Origin: Podarcis erhardii
Taxonomy: Eukaryota
NCBI GenBank assembly: GCA_964252035.1
Contig: OZ176201.1
Length of the DNA stretch: 64,000 bases
Direction: 5' to 3' (one strand)
A program made the position numbers and the translations under genes. The stretch's first letter is position 1, and every line of letters begins with the position of its first letter. The notes beneath the pieces were generated by a model. The model was not told the origin of the DNA. It saw only the letters and a program-made list of their open reading frames with translations, and did no database searches. Of the stretch, positions 35,527 through 47,704 are shown piece after piece.

Positions 35527-35723
35527 CAGTGATACCTTGGTTTACAACCATAATCCGTTGTAAACCAAAACAGGTTGTAACCCAAGGCGCGCTTTCGCCA
35601 ATGGGGCCTCAAAAAAAATAAAATGGTTGTAATCCAAAAAAGGGGACACACACTTCAGGGTTTGACGTGGTTGTAATCCAAAACGGTTTTAATCCAAAAC
35701 GGTTGCAAACCAAGGTACCACTG
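35527..35723. mobile_element. Related MITE subfamily: same TIR type and aatggggcctc core, with ggttgtaatccaaaa internal repeats
   Basis: ta-cagtgataccttgg...ccaaggtaccactg-ta. Confidence 0.85.
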
Positions 35724-36947
35724 TATTTGCCCCACTTTACATTTGCTTTCACTGAACTGAAATTACCTTTTTTTTGTAAGGGAGAATCTTATAAAAGCAT
35801 AAAATGAATTGTTCATCCTATGTTGGAGCACTCACAAACCCCTTTTCAAATGGACCTAAATTTGTGTGCCTGCAACCCACTCACTAGGATACAGCCCACT
35901 AAGGATGTGGGGGACAGTGGCTGTGTAGCTTCAACAGACAGGCTATTTGGCCATATCTTCCCTAGCTAGTGACCATTGGCCTCATTGGGATCACAGTAAG
36001 CTACCCTCTTCTACAAGAGAGGCTCGCCTGGCGCCTTCATTACATATTTTTAGGCACTAGGCAAAAAAGTTTCTATTCAACCAGGCATTCAGCTGATTAA
36101 CATTCTATGGCTTTTTAAAGTGTTGTGGAAGGTAGGGAGTTCATTGGTTTGTTTTGATTTGGTATTTTCATTTTATCTTTTACTTTTGTGAACCACCCTT
36201 GGATCTTTAGATGGAAGAGTGGTATACAAATTTAATAAATGATAATCATAGAATCATATAAATGTAGTGTTGGAAGGGACCTAATAATAAAAAGCTTTTG
36301 TACTGGTGCACCCTCTCACATATTATTATTCTTTTTCTGATTATGCAAGCAGTTCACATGCACTTCATCCAAAGCACTGGGCAGTGGAGAATCAGAACTA
36401 GGTCTTTGCAGTACAAGTCCTGGATGCATGTACCTGTCATGTGTGGTTGGGTTACTCTCAAGAGATGGCTTGGCCCTCTTTAGTAAAACTGGGATCTGCC
36501 AGCCAACAACACATCCTTTCCCATGGGTGAACGGATGCATCGGTGTTGTTTATGGGATTTCCATCCCCAACCCTCTCTACTAGTTATTCTGCCCAAGAGT
36601 CATGCTGCAAAAACCACTGTCTAGACCCAAAAGAGAGGACAGTCAATAGATCACAGTTAAAATTACCAAAGCGCAGGGAAACCCTAATAAAACATTTTCA
36701 GCCACAGGAAGAGTTGAGACCAAAGGTCACTTCTATAAACAACTTAATGCTGGGGAAAGGTGAGTTCATGCCAGTGCTTCTCACATCCCACTTATTTCCA
36801 AATGAGTGCTTGGTCCTCCTCAAGGCCTTAGCATGCACTGTCTTTAAAAAAAATTTTTTAATGAACTACATGAACTAAACTCAGATTCATTCACACATGC
36901 AGTCGAATCCTATGCATGCTTAGTCAGAATATTGCTGAGTAAGTATA

Positions 36948-37188
36948 CAGTGGTACCTCGGGTTACATACGCTTCAGGTTACATACGCTTCAGGTTACAG
37001 ACTCTGCTAACCCAGAAATAGTGCTTCAGGTTAAGCACTTTGCTTCTGGATGAGAACGGAAATCGTGCTCTGGCGGCGCGGCAGCAGCAGGAGGCCCCAT
37101 TAGCTAAGTGGTGCTTCAGGTTAAGAACAGTTTCAGGTTAAGTACCGACCTCCAGAATGAATTAAGTACTTAACCCGAGGTACTACTG
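36948..37188. mobile_element. pogo/Tigger-like MITE, inserted in an older palindromic aatcctatgcatg...taggattgc repeat
   Basis: ta-cagtggtacctc...gaggtactactg-ta. The flanks gaatcctatgcatgc (~36906) and taggattgc (~37191) are the two halves of a repeat also seen at ~17180-17270 and ~54840-54945. Confidence 0.85.
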
Positions 37189-37589
37189 TATAGGATTGCT
37201 GCCTCTCAGGTGCACATCTATAAAGAGAACTGAATTGCGCACTGGTTCTCAATCTCCTCCTAGTGAAAGAACACAAAAACTCAAATAAAAAGCTGCCTAC
37301 ACATTACAGGGTTTAGGGATGGGTTCATTGCTGAAAGGCAGAGGTACTGGTTCATAAACAGCTGATGCCCAAAGCAATATCCTCCAGCCCTGCCTAAGGC
37401 AAATCCAAGGATGATAGAGGAGGCAGTGTGCCTTGCGCTGGCAACACACATGGTACTCCTCTCTCCTGAGACTCATTATTATAATTCAAGGATGCTACAG
37501 CCCCTCTAGCGCAATATGGATAGAGTACAAGAGCGACCTATTTCAGTAATGGGGTGGGTTAGATATTAGGGAGGAAGCACTTCAGTTGC

Positions 37590-38900
37590 CTTGTCCCGTG
37601 TGCACCTGCGGGAATATTCTGTTTCAGATCCCTGGGGAATCCACCTTTGAACTCTGAGCGGATGTTAGTCATTCTGCAGTGGCTCTGCAACCTCAGCTGA
37701 GGTCGATGGCCAGCCCTGCTGCATCCCTTCCCTTTCGCTCTTTCTGCTCCAAGCAACTGCCAGCAGCCCCTTCTCTGGCTCCTGGTCCGGTGGATTGGCG
37801 TCCCTCGTCCGCCTCCCCTAGGGCAGAATCGCAGCTCGAAAGTGCTTTCCAAGAAGCGACGCGAGGTGTCAGCAAAGCTCCTGCCAGCGCGCTAGCAACC
37901 CGCCGCCTCCCCCCGATCTAAGGGGCGGCCAGCCGGGGAAGGCGCTCCCTTCCTTAAAAGCAGGCCTTTCCTCTCCGGGGGCCGCTCTCCAGGAGGCACC
38001 CCCTAAGGAGAAGCGGGCATCTAATATTATTTCCCCCTTTCCTTTCTTTCTCGCTCACTCGTGCCTGCGCGCAAATACTGGACTAAGAAACTCTTGCAAG
38101 TCTTTAACTTGAGTCACTAAGCTGGATCCCAGGAGGGAGGGAGGGAGGGAGGGACGGGTGTCCTCGCCCGCTTCCCGCAGAAGCCTCTCCTCCTTGCCAG
38201 AAGAGGTCCAAGCCCTTTTATGGGCACAGCCTCCTGCTTCCTCCGAGATGCCACAGGACAGACGCCGCCGGGCCGGTCCCCGCCCCCCCGCTCGTAGGGG
38301 CCACCCTAAAATCCGGCACGCGATTCTGCCCCCCCCACGCCCCGAGAGAATGGGGGTGTCGCCCCGTGGAGAGCCCTGCTTCCCGCTGGAGGGGATTTCA
38401 ACCGGGCGTAACCTCCCCGGCACCACCTCTTCCGACCCGGGCGCATCCCCGGCTGTGCGATGATGGCGAGGCCGGCTCCGCGAGCGCTTTAAGCGGGGAC
38501 GGGGCGGGAAGAGATACTGACATGCTAGCGAACGGCAGGGACTCTCAGCCGCGCGCTCAGCTCTCCCCGCTTCCTCCGGCTGTGCAGAGCAGAACTACCC
38601 CGCTTTCGCCCTCGCTCGTCCCTTTACGCACAAGTCGAGGAGAGGCGGGAAAGAAAGACGTCCTGCTTCTTCTTCTGGAGGCCACAGCGCCGCGCAGCGG
38701 CAAGGAAATTTCTTCCTCAGGAGAGCCTCCCGCTCCCCCCCACCCCATCGCGTCTTGGCTTTTTCAACCACGCGTCTAGAAGCATGTGTGCATTCGGAAG
38801 ACGCGCGTACGTCGTGAAGGGGAGATTAATGCATATTGTGCGCGTGGAATCCGCAGAAGAGAAGAAATTCGACTGTCCGCCATGCAGTTGGAGAGACCAT
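37590..38900 (-). promoter_or_regulatory. CpG island: probable shared promoter and first exon of NAA80 and HYAL3
   Basis: Dense CpG and high GC; GC-box ggggcggg at 38501-38508; candidate minus-strand donor GA|gtgagc at 38058. Its position upstream of NAA80 matches the mammalian arrangement. Confidence 0.75.
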
Positions 38901-39089
38901 TTGAAACCCTTGTTTTGCTTGGAAGAGGCATCTGTTCAATTTAGCATAGACTTAATAGATTTAGTAAGCATACGTTAGTAAAATTAGGTACAACATAAAT
39001 ATTATTACTTAGTTTTTAGTTTTTCTTACAGAATAAGAAAACCCTGGCAGGATGTGAAGAACATTACCTGAAGCACCATTTCTGTTTTC

Positions 39090-39771
39090 TTTTTTTATAT
39101 ATATATAATATTTTATTAAGTTTTACAAGAGAAAAACAATACAAAAGAAAAACAATACATATCAAACATACAACAGACATCAAAACACCAACAAATACAA
39201 ACAGTTAAAACACAGCAAAGAAGAAAATATATAACAGAAGCAAAAAGAAAAAAAATTTAAAAATTAACAAAAAGAGAGGAAAAAAAACCTCTTTTCAAAT
39301 TCTTATTATTCATAAACTTAATTTCCTGACTTCCACCTACCTCCCTTTCTTGTATTCCACTTTAAAATTGATTAGCAAATTCATTCTTATTAGTTTTATC
39401 CTTAAATAATTTCCCTCACGTATTATACTTTCCCGATTTTCATCCAATATCTATCCTTTCTTTCATACTCTTATTTCCCTTATTTACTAGAACCCCTTCA
39501 TTTCATTTCAATGTCATCAGCATTCAAAAATTTTACAGTGTTTTTGTAAATAGGTTTTAAACTTCTTCCAATCTTCTTCCACCCGCTCTTCTCCTTGATC
39601 TCGTATTCTGCCGGTCATTTCTGCCATTTCCATGTAGTCCATTACTTGCATCTGCCATTCTTCCAAGGTGGGTAGATCTTGTGTCTTCCAATGCTTTGCA
39701 ATAAGTATTCTTGCTGCTGCTGTAGCATACATAAAGAAAGTCCTATCCTTCTTTGGCACCAATTGGCCGAC
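39090..39771 (-). mobile_element. 5'-truncated L1-clade LINE (682 bp) with 16-bp TSD
   Basis: ORF 39517..39777 (AARILIAKHWKTQDLPTLEEW...) resembles the C-terminus of non-mammalian L1 ORF2. 3'UTR, AATAAA (39117-39112) and a short A/AT tail follow. TSD caccatttctgttttc at 39074-39089 and 39772-39787. Confidence 0.9.
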
Positions 39772-41722
39772 CACCATTTCTGTTTTCCTTCATGATACAG
39801 GCTTCAATCCTATGCAAACTCACCTGGTAGTAAGCCCCACTTAACTCAAGGGAGCAGACATTTACAGCATTGCATTGTTTTTCAGCTACATACTGGAAGT
39901 ACTCATATTAGCATATGTTTTTATGTGATAGACAGTAGGTAGGTTAGTTTATTATATGTCCTTTCCCAGACTCAGTTCTTAAGAAGGATGGAAAGACCTG
40001 CTGTCATTGGTTCCCAGGGGTAGTGTAGACAGGCATGCTTTTACTCAGATCTCCAGGATTTCAGGAGAATTTCAGAAGAATTTGCACTTCCACAGTAGGA
40101 CACAGCAGGGAGGGGCCTGCTGTCACTCTACCTCCATTAATGAAGGCCTGGTACTTGACTTTGTACAAGAAGTGCATTTTCAGGAGAACAAACACTTCCA
40201 GGAGCTTTCCCATCACAAGTCATTTGAGAATGGGCTGCCCATATAAGTAATGCAAGAGTGGCTAATCCTAGTTTGGGGGCGTGATCTGCTTCTACAAGCA
40301 AATGTTTCTGACTTCCCCTCCATGACCATACTGATTTTAGGTGTAGCAGGAAAAATAAACACAACACTGGGATGGGGAAAACCAAGAGCATAACCTTGAC
40401 GGGGGTGCAGGTTGCTCCTTCCCAGGTAATTAGATCTTTTGATGAGCAGAGAGGGGACCATTACCCCTCCTCTCAGCTGATCTGCATGGATTAGCTAAGG
40501 AGGGGAGGCTGCGGGTGTGTCTTGTGGGTGCACGCATGCAAAAGTGGCCACACTCACCACTGGTATGTGGCCTGTGGAAGGTTGGCCAAGGGTGAATGTG
40601 GCCCTAGTATCCAAAAAGTGTTGGGAGGGGTGAAGAAGGTGCAACATGGAACAGAAGTGCCCATTTGCAGATGTATTTATGTGCAACAGGTTCTAACAGA
40701 TAATGCAAACACGGACAGTAGTTTAGACATGTAGTATACCACTTTTTTTTTTTTAAACACAGCTGATTTTTATTGATTTAAAAACTTTGCAATGATTTTT
40801 GGTTCTTGCCAATAAACCGAGTAGCATAAAAATTATAGCAGGGATCCAGCCTCTACCTCTACATGCAGGGAAGCATGAAGAGTGGCTTCTTCTGACTAAT
40901 GGCCTAAGAATTACTACCCAAAACCCCCAGAAGCAGGATCATACACCAAAAACTATATGCTGGGATACCACATTCAATCTGCTGTCCTAATTCGGCCTTC
41001 CCCAACCTGATGCCCCCTAGATGTTTTGAACTACAACTCCCATCATCCCCAGCCAGCCCATGAATCTAAAACATCTGGAGAGACCAGCTTGAGGAAGATT
41101 GTCCTTATTCAACTGCAACACAACAGCCTTGCTGTGTTGCCATTGGGTCTTATTCTCTGGTAGCTGCCTGCCACCACCAGCCTCCCACTTACTCTTGCAG
41201 CCCAAATGGGTGATGACCTGGGATGCACCAAAGCAATTGCTTTTCAAAAGGTCCCGAGCCACTGCACCTGGCATTCCTTGGTTCACAAACTGCTAGGGAA
41301 ATCAGGACTAGCTTCCAGCTGCCTTATCCTGGTCCAAGCTCAAAGTAACTTGATTGTTTCCCTGGCAGACCACCCCTAACTTCCTCAAACCCAAGAACTC
41401 TGAGACCAAGGGCACTGTGCATGTCCCAGACAGTTCCCTTGTCAGTTACTCAGAGTGTAAAGACAGCCCACACTCCCTGAGCCCTTCCCAGATCTCGGAA
41501 GAGCATGCTGGTCTCTTATACTCTGACCTTAAACTTTCAGTAGCATAAATTCCAAGCATCTCTAGGCACATGGTTACGGTGGAACCTAGGTAGACAAAAT
41601 AACCTGCCACCTCCACTCCTTCATGGTCTCCTGAGAAAGTCGGATGCCAATATAAAACAAGTGGGGATTCTAAAACTCTGAGGCTGGGAATAACACACAC
41701 TTCAGTGGTCAGCTTAGGAAAC

Positions 41723-41728
41723 TTTATT
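41723..41728 (-). terminator. Candidate HYAL1 poly(A) signal
   Basis: AATAAA on the minus strand, followed ~25 nt later by a GU-rich gtgtgtgtt; ~1.25 kb after the stop codon. Confidence 0.6.
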
Positions 41729-42638
41729 AAATCTTTATGAAAGGTAAAGGAAAAGCAGGCAGGTGGTCAAAACAGAATACAAAATAAACCAGGACACTGT
41801 GGCTCTAAAACTAGACTAATCCTAGCCTAGCCATTACAATATGATTCTAATTTATTTATGAGTAGACAACAAAGATGATCAGCTTTGCATAAAGTCCAGT
41901 CTGAATCCTGGATGGTGGGAGAGAACACAGAGGCAGCTAAGCTTTCTTAAAGGTTCTCTCTCCCTTGTCTTCTTGAGGGAGTGACTTCTGACAACTGCTG
42001 ACCAAGGGGGCCAATGTTGAGGCCGCTGTAGTCTCTCAGGTAGGCGTCTTAGGTGCCCTCCTTAAAACTGAAGAGAATTGGCAGGAGATACTTGACAAAC
42101 TGGCTTAGAGAAATGGTGGGGCAAATCAGGGCCTTTCTCCACAGTCCTAATAACTAACAAATCTGAGAATAATTTCAGATCTCCTGCTTGAAACATAAAG
42201 TCTACTCCTGAAGACAGCCAGGAGGGCAAAAGTCATATGTGAGATAGGACAGAGTGTTGTGAAATATTGCAATGGCAGGCCAGCAATGTATCTAATAGGC
42301 ATTTAACAGTTTGATTTAAACACATGCACACTGGTCTATTGATATGCATGCACATGGTTAGTTTTTTATAAGGACAGGCGGTGTGCTATAGTGCAGCCAT
42401 GCCTGAAAAGCATTCCCTCTCTCAGTCTACTTCTGAGTAGATTGCATATTTCAGGAGAAAGCCAAGTATGTGCTTCTGGGGAAAGTATGTATAAGCACAT
42501 GTTGACCAGAAGGTACATGTGGAGATCCTTTCATAAGTGTGTAGTGGTGAGGGAAGAGAGAGAGAGAAGAGATTTTTATATCCCTAAGGAGTACAGGCTG
42601 GTGCAATGTGCCTTTCCTGCAGCTTTCCTTGCCAATTA

Positions 42639-42932
42639 CCATATTTTTCGCTCCATAAGACACACTTTTTTCCTCCTAAAAAGTAAGGGGAGTGAATGCC
42701 TATGGACGGCGGCGGGATCCTGCTGCATTTGTGAGCAGAGGATCCATGGCTCTCCTTCCTTCCCTCCTCTGAGGCTCGCTTTAAAGCAGCAAAGCGGACA
42801 GGAGCTGCCCGCTTTGCTGCTTTAAATAGTTTAGTACAACATTTGATTCAGAATATTTTTCTCCGTGTTTTCCTCCTCTAAAAACTAGGTGCGTCTTATG
42901 GTCAGGTGCATCTTATGGAGCGAAAAATACGG
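42639..42932. mobile_element. TA-flanked pogo/Tigger-type MITE (294 bp) in the HYAL1 3'UTR
   Basis: TIRs cc(g/a)tatttttcgctccataaga at both ends, with TA at 42637-38 and 42933-34. Confidence 0.88.
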
Positions 42933-42969
42933 TAAGTGCCTGTGCAAACAGATAAGGTGCCTCTCTCTC

Positions 42970-43284
42970 TTAAGTAGACTTTTTCTCACACTGCGAGCCT
43001 TCCCAGCCGCTGTAACATTGGCATGCGAATTCTTTGGCCATCTGGACTTGCTCCTTCGCTGACATCTGACCCCTGACAACAAAGTGTGGCTCTTCCGAAT
43101 GCCTCTGAATAGAGAAGCTGGCAGGAGTGAGGTGCAGAAAAGCATCGAGGTGCCCGTCCTGCCGCACACAGCGGCCATTCTTTGAACACAAAATCTGGCT
43201 ACACAGCCTGGTGCTGCTGGTCACGTTTACAATGTACGGACCAAGGACAGTGTCCACGTACTTCTTCACATCGAGGCAGGCTTC
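42970..43284 (-). CDS. HYAL1: HYAL1 last coding exon (EACLDVKKYVDTVLGPYIVNVT...CQCYSGWEGSQCEKKST*)
   Basis: Acceptor tttgcccctttcag (43286-43285); EGF-like cysteines; no GPI tail; TAA at 42972-42970. Confidence 0.94.
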   Translation of the reverse strand, partial: EACLDVKKYVDTVLGPYIVNVTSSTRLCSQILCSKNGRCVRQDGHLDAFLHLTPASFSIQRHSEEPHFVVRGQMSAKEQVQMAKEFACQCYSGWEGSQCEKKST

Positions 43285-44149
43285 CTGAAAGGGGCAAAAC
43301 CAAGTCCAGGGGAAGAAAGTTAGCATTTTCCCATTCCAAGTGGGCAACAGCCAAGTTCCTTCAACACATCCTTGATGTTGTAGGACCAAACCTTTAAGAG
43401 CATAAATGGGAGGATTCCTCCTGCCACTGCCTGATCTCCAAGCCCCATCTTCAGTCCCCCGTGAGCTACTCACAAAGCGAGACCAACATCAACACACACC
43501 TAATCACAGCACTAACAAAATTAGGCATTCGCCTTCATGACCTTAATTTTCATTTTTTTAACGGTGTCTTATGTTTTTAACCTTGTATACCACCCTGATA
43601 TTTTGTGCTATGGCAGTGTAGACTTTTATAAATATAAATAAATAAGCCTGGCTGGTTAGCTGACTTGATGATGCAAAAGGACTACCACTAACCCCATCCA
43701 AGCTAATAACGGCATCCTACCCCAGAGGTTCTCCTTCAACCTATACATTTGTAAATATAAAAAGTTTTGCAAAGAGGCAATAAGGTTCCAGGGCACATTC
43801 AGGACTGTCCCCTTCAACATAGACTTGTACCATAAACTGGTACTTCCCATCATTTGGTAAAGGAGGAGAAAAGCAAGTCAAAAAATAAGGATGCTTCACC
43901 TCTCTCTTAAGGGACTTGCAAATCTGAGCACCTCATAGTCACAGATTTATTCACAATCACAAGGCTGCTACCGTAACTCACAGGTTGATGTACAAAAGCA
44001 GAGAGAAATTTATGTACTGCTTGGTTGTAAGAAAACAAAACAAAACTCTGCTCCATAGCTACAGGATCCTGCTGCTGTCCCCTGACTGCTTCACTTATTT
44101 GGCCTCATTTTTTTCCCTCAAGGAGCCCAAGGTAACACATAAAGTTCTT

Positions 44150-44312
44150 CCACCCTCCCCCAATTTATTCTCACAAGAACCCTGCAGGGTAAGTTGGGCC
44201 AAGTTACTGTGACTGACTCCAAGACCCCCCAGTAACTTCCATGGCTGAATGAGGATCTGAACCTGGGACTCGACAGGCTCCCTACACTCCAACCACTGAA
44301 CCACACTGGCTC
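44150..44312 (+). mobile_element. Old MIR/L2-related SINE-like fragment (similar pieces at ~10500-10600 and ~29740-29880)
   Basis: Shared motif tcacaa.aaccctg..aggta..ttgg...gtgactg.ccaag..cacccagt.a.cttcatggctga.t.gggat.tgaacc. Family name uncertain. Confidence 0.5.
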
Positions 44313-44345
44313 CCACTCCCAATCCTGCTCCTCTGCATCACTCAC

Positions 44346-44435
44346 CTCAGAGTTACTGTCCTTTGTGCTCCCCCACAAGATGACCCCAGCAGCACCTTGA
44401 GAAGCACTCTCACCAATGGTGTGGACCAGGTCCTC
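44346..44435 (-). CDS. HYAL1: HYAL1 90-bp exon (EDLVHTIGESASQGAAGVILWGSTKDSNSE)
   Basis: Acceptor cttgttctgcag, donor GAG|gtgag (44345), phase 0-0. Confidence 0.95.
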
Positions 44436-46780
44436 CTGCAGAACAAGCAGAGCAAAAACAGTGAGTTCACCAGTTGTCTCTTCTCTGACATCTGGATTTG
44501 CATGCCCATTATTGGGTCCTTCTTGGTCCATTAAAACCAGAGGTGAGGAAACAGTGACTTCTTGAACTCTAGCTCCCATTAGCCCTGGCCAACATGGCAA
44601 TGGCCAGGGGCGATGGGGAGTTATAGTTGAGCCACATGTTCCCCACCCCTCCTTTAGACAGCAGCAACACCCCAGCAACACTCTGGGATTCTTGGCCATA
44701 CTTAGGATTATGTATTAGGAAAGGAATCAGGAAATGATCAGTGATTAAACATTTAGCCTGCTGCCTTTAACAAAGTGTTTAAAAAATAAACCTTTTTTTT
44801 TTTTTGAGATCTAACTCCTTCTCCTCAGTGGCTCCTTTGTTAATTGACCTTTGTGTGGATGACCTTCAAATCCATCTGATTCTATCAGATCACTTGTCTC
44901 AAGATATCTTTCTGATCTGACACTTCCTCGTGGACATGCCAGCATTATTATTACAGGCCCCTGTCTCCCAGGCATGCAATGCTTTTCTTAGTCATCTTCA
45001 AATTCCTCCACAGTCAAGTCATCACCCAGTGTTGATGCTCCTTCCTCTTCAACATTCTTAGAAACCACCTGATTCCTCCTCTCATCCATGCTCTGGTCAT
45101 ATCCTGCCTTCGCTGCTACAAATCCTGCTGCTCATCACTCTCTGGTCCTCTCTCCATTTCAGCAAATTCAGAAAGCCTCAGCTAAAACGATCCCTCTCTC
45201 TAAAGATCCTGTAGTAAAATTATTTGGATATGTAAAGTATAGTGTACTAGAAAATGATTTAGAGATGGTGATTACTTTGCTAACAGCGGCCAGGCTCACA
45301 ACATGACAGAGCCATCCACTGGCACATTGAGTTAATTGGATAGGCAATTCCTTGAGAAGGGAAGTTTGTTCGTCTCTTATCGGAACAACAAAATGCAGGA
45401 TTCAACAAAAACCTATATTTGCCACTGGTTTAATCTCTTGGAATATGTTATTTATTATTATTTATTTAATAAATGTAAACACCTCTTGATTATTTTTTTA
45501 AAAAACCTCAAAGCAGTTTACAAAATTGGAAGTACAGATCAGGAAATTTAAATACAAGAAGCACTGTACAGCAATATGCTTAGTATGCTCAGCAGGAAGA
45601 GGGAATCATATGTTCTTAATTACATGAATATTTCTTAGTATACGATATTTATACTGGCCTGTTTTCACACTGACTTTGTTCTGTGCAGGCATGGGGTGGG
45701 GGAGCAAAAGTGTTTTTCAGAGCTTGCTTGCAAGGAGATGCTCGCTATGTGGAAATAGCGTGAGAGGAGCCTGGGTTTTGCAGTCACCACCCACCCCAAA
45801 TCTTCCCTATGAAAGGGGCACAAGGTGAGAAAAGGGTAGAAGAAGCAGTGGGAGGGGGAGCAATGGTGTCTTGAAAAAGCCTGATCCGAAATGAAGCTCT
45901 GGCTCATTTCCCTGCTACTCCCTACTAAATATATGGAAGAACCTCTCCCCCTCTGTTGTGTCACCATTGCAGTGTTTCATCTCTTCCTTTAAATAGCTTC
46001 CCTCTGCAAAGTCTTTCCTGGGCTCCCATAGATTCACTTGTTCCATGCCTCTCACTAGCTAACTCCTCTACAGCCTTCCTTCCAAAACATCCTCACCCCA
46101 CCTCCCTACACCCCAAATCAAGGCTTATTTTCTCATTAGTTCTGCCCATTACTGACAAACTGAAGTCTGCTGAGCAGGGACTGTGCTAGTCTGAGGTTTT
46201 GCAGTACATTTTCATTACTGACACAACATCAACATTTATATATTTTTTTTAAAAAACCCGATTTTCTTAAAAGAAATCTGAAATAGGAATAGTTTGATAT
46301 TTTTCTTTCATAATATTTACTTATAAAATGGGGGAAAATTAAAATACATAACAACATTCGAAAACACAAGAATTTTCAACATTGGCTTATTGAAAAACAA
46401 GAGCCTTCACAATATTTCTGACCAAAAATAAAAGTGTGACATATACCAGAAACAGTTGCAAAAGGGAGAACAACAACAGCTTTTTTGCTTAACCAGGAGA
46501 AATGTTATGAACATCTACATGTTGGGGTAAGTGTTTTTCTCAAAATAAAATATTAGAATATTAATATTAATATTAGAAATATTTGACATGGCTACCGCTC
46601 ATTCCCTGGGAAATCACTGTAGCAGATTCTTAATGGCAACTGCACACACTGAAGCCAAGATTCTCCAAGCATCCCGACAGAGAAGAATCTCCCACTTCCA
46701 TGTTGTGTTTTCAGGTTAAGTACTTATTGGCAAAGATTGGTCGTACAGTATTCTGCATTGGGACATCTGGGAAAGCTTAC

Positions 46781-47704
46781 CTGTGACAGGAAGCTCTGTG
46801 TCTGTGTGAACTGATATTCAATGGAAGCATAAGGCAAGACTGGGATGCTTCCATTCCCCGTCTGGTTCACTATCCTGAATGCCTCTTGGACTCGATGACG
46901 GACAAACTCAAGAGTCTTGTTGAGGAATCTGAGCTCTTTGGGAAGATAAATACTGGGATAGAGAGCTCGGCTTTGGTTCCACAGCCACTGCAATTCGTCA
47001 TTCCTCTGCTTCTCAATCTCTGGACATTCTCCGGTGTAATCGGTGCTTTTGTATCCATTGTTATAGCAGTCAGGGAACCCATAGAAGCCCCAGAAACCCT
47101 CCGGCCTCAGGCTTCGGCCAAGCGCCAAAGTCAGCTTCATGAACGCCCGACTCATTTGCTCGAATTCTCGCTTAGCTTCCCTAGCCACCTTATCAGCAGG
47201 CCAGTTGGGGTGCTGCTCCTTCACCAGCTCTATGGATTTATTCTGGTAGATCTGCATGGAGTCCCAGTTGCGAACCCACAAGGGACGCCAGCTCTCCCAG
47301 TCCATGACCGCCAGACCTTTGAAACCTGCCTCCGAAATTGTTTTTTCAATATCTTGCCAAGTCTTCCAAAGATGACTATTGAGGCTGGCGTTTTGGGGGG
47401 TGCCCCCATTGACTGCTGTGCCGTTCTCAGTGTAGTATGGATAATATCCTAACCTGTTGCTGTAGAAAAGGGTAATGTCGCTCCCTGTGAATGATTCATT
47501 CTGGTTGGCAACCACATCAAAAATCCCCAAGTCAAGGGATACTCTGTATTTCTCTTCACATTCTTGACTGGGAGCATTCCAGACAGTGATGAATGGGTGA
47601 TCCAGTATTACAGGGCCTCCACCAGCCATTCGACGGCTCCAAGCCACTGAGAAAACATCCAGCAAGCAGACCCACAGTGTCAAGTATGCTGTAATAACTG
47701 CCAT
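46781..47704 (-). CDS. HYAL1: HYAL1 first coding exon (308 aa; full protein 442 aa)
   Basis: Signal peptide, then PFITVWNAP, LGYYPYYT, DWESWRPLW.RNW, WGFYGFPDCYN, SRALYPSIY (HYAL1-like). Donor CAG|gtaagc at 46780. Lies between HYAL2 and NAA80, as in mammals. Confidence 0.94.

Noticed and set aside
38055-38779. Several 100-137 aa ORFs in the CpG islands (also 50507..51142)
   Set aside because: Expected from stop-codon scarcity in GC-rich DNA. Several start at GTG/TTG, are low-complexity and have no recognisable domain.
46886-47452. 188-aa + strand ORF, and similar ORFs opposite HYAL3, NAA80 and HYAL2 exons
   Set aside because: Shadow ORFs antisense to real coding exons; no independent homology or splice support.
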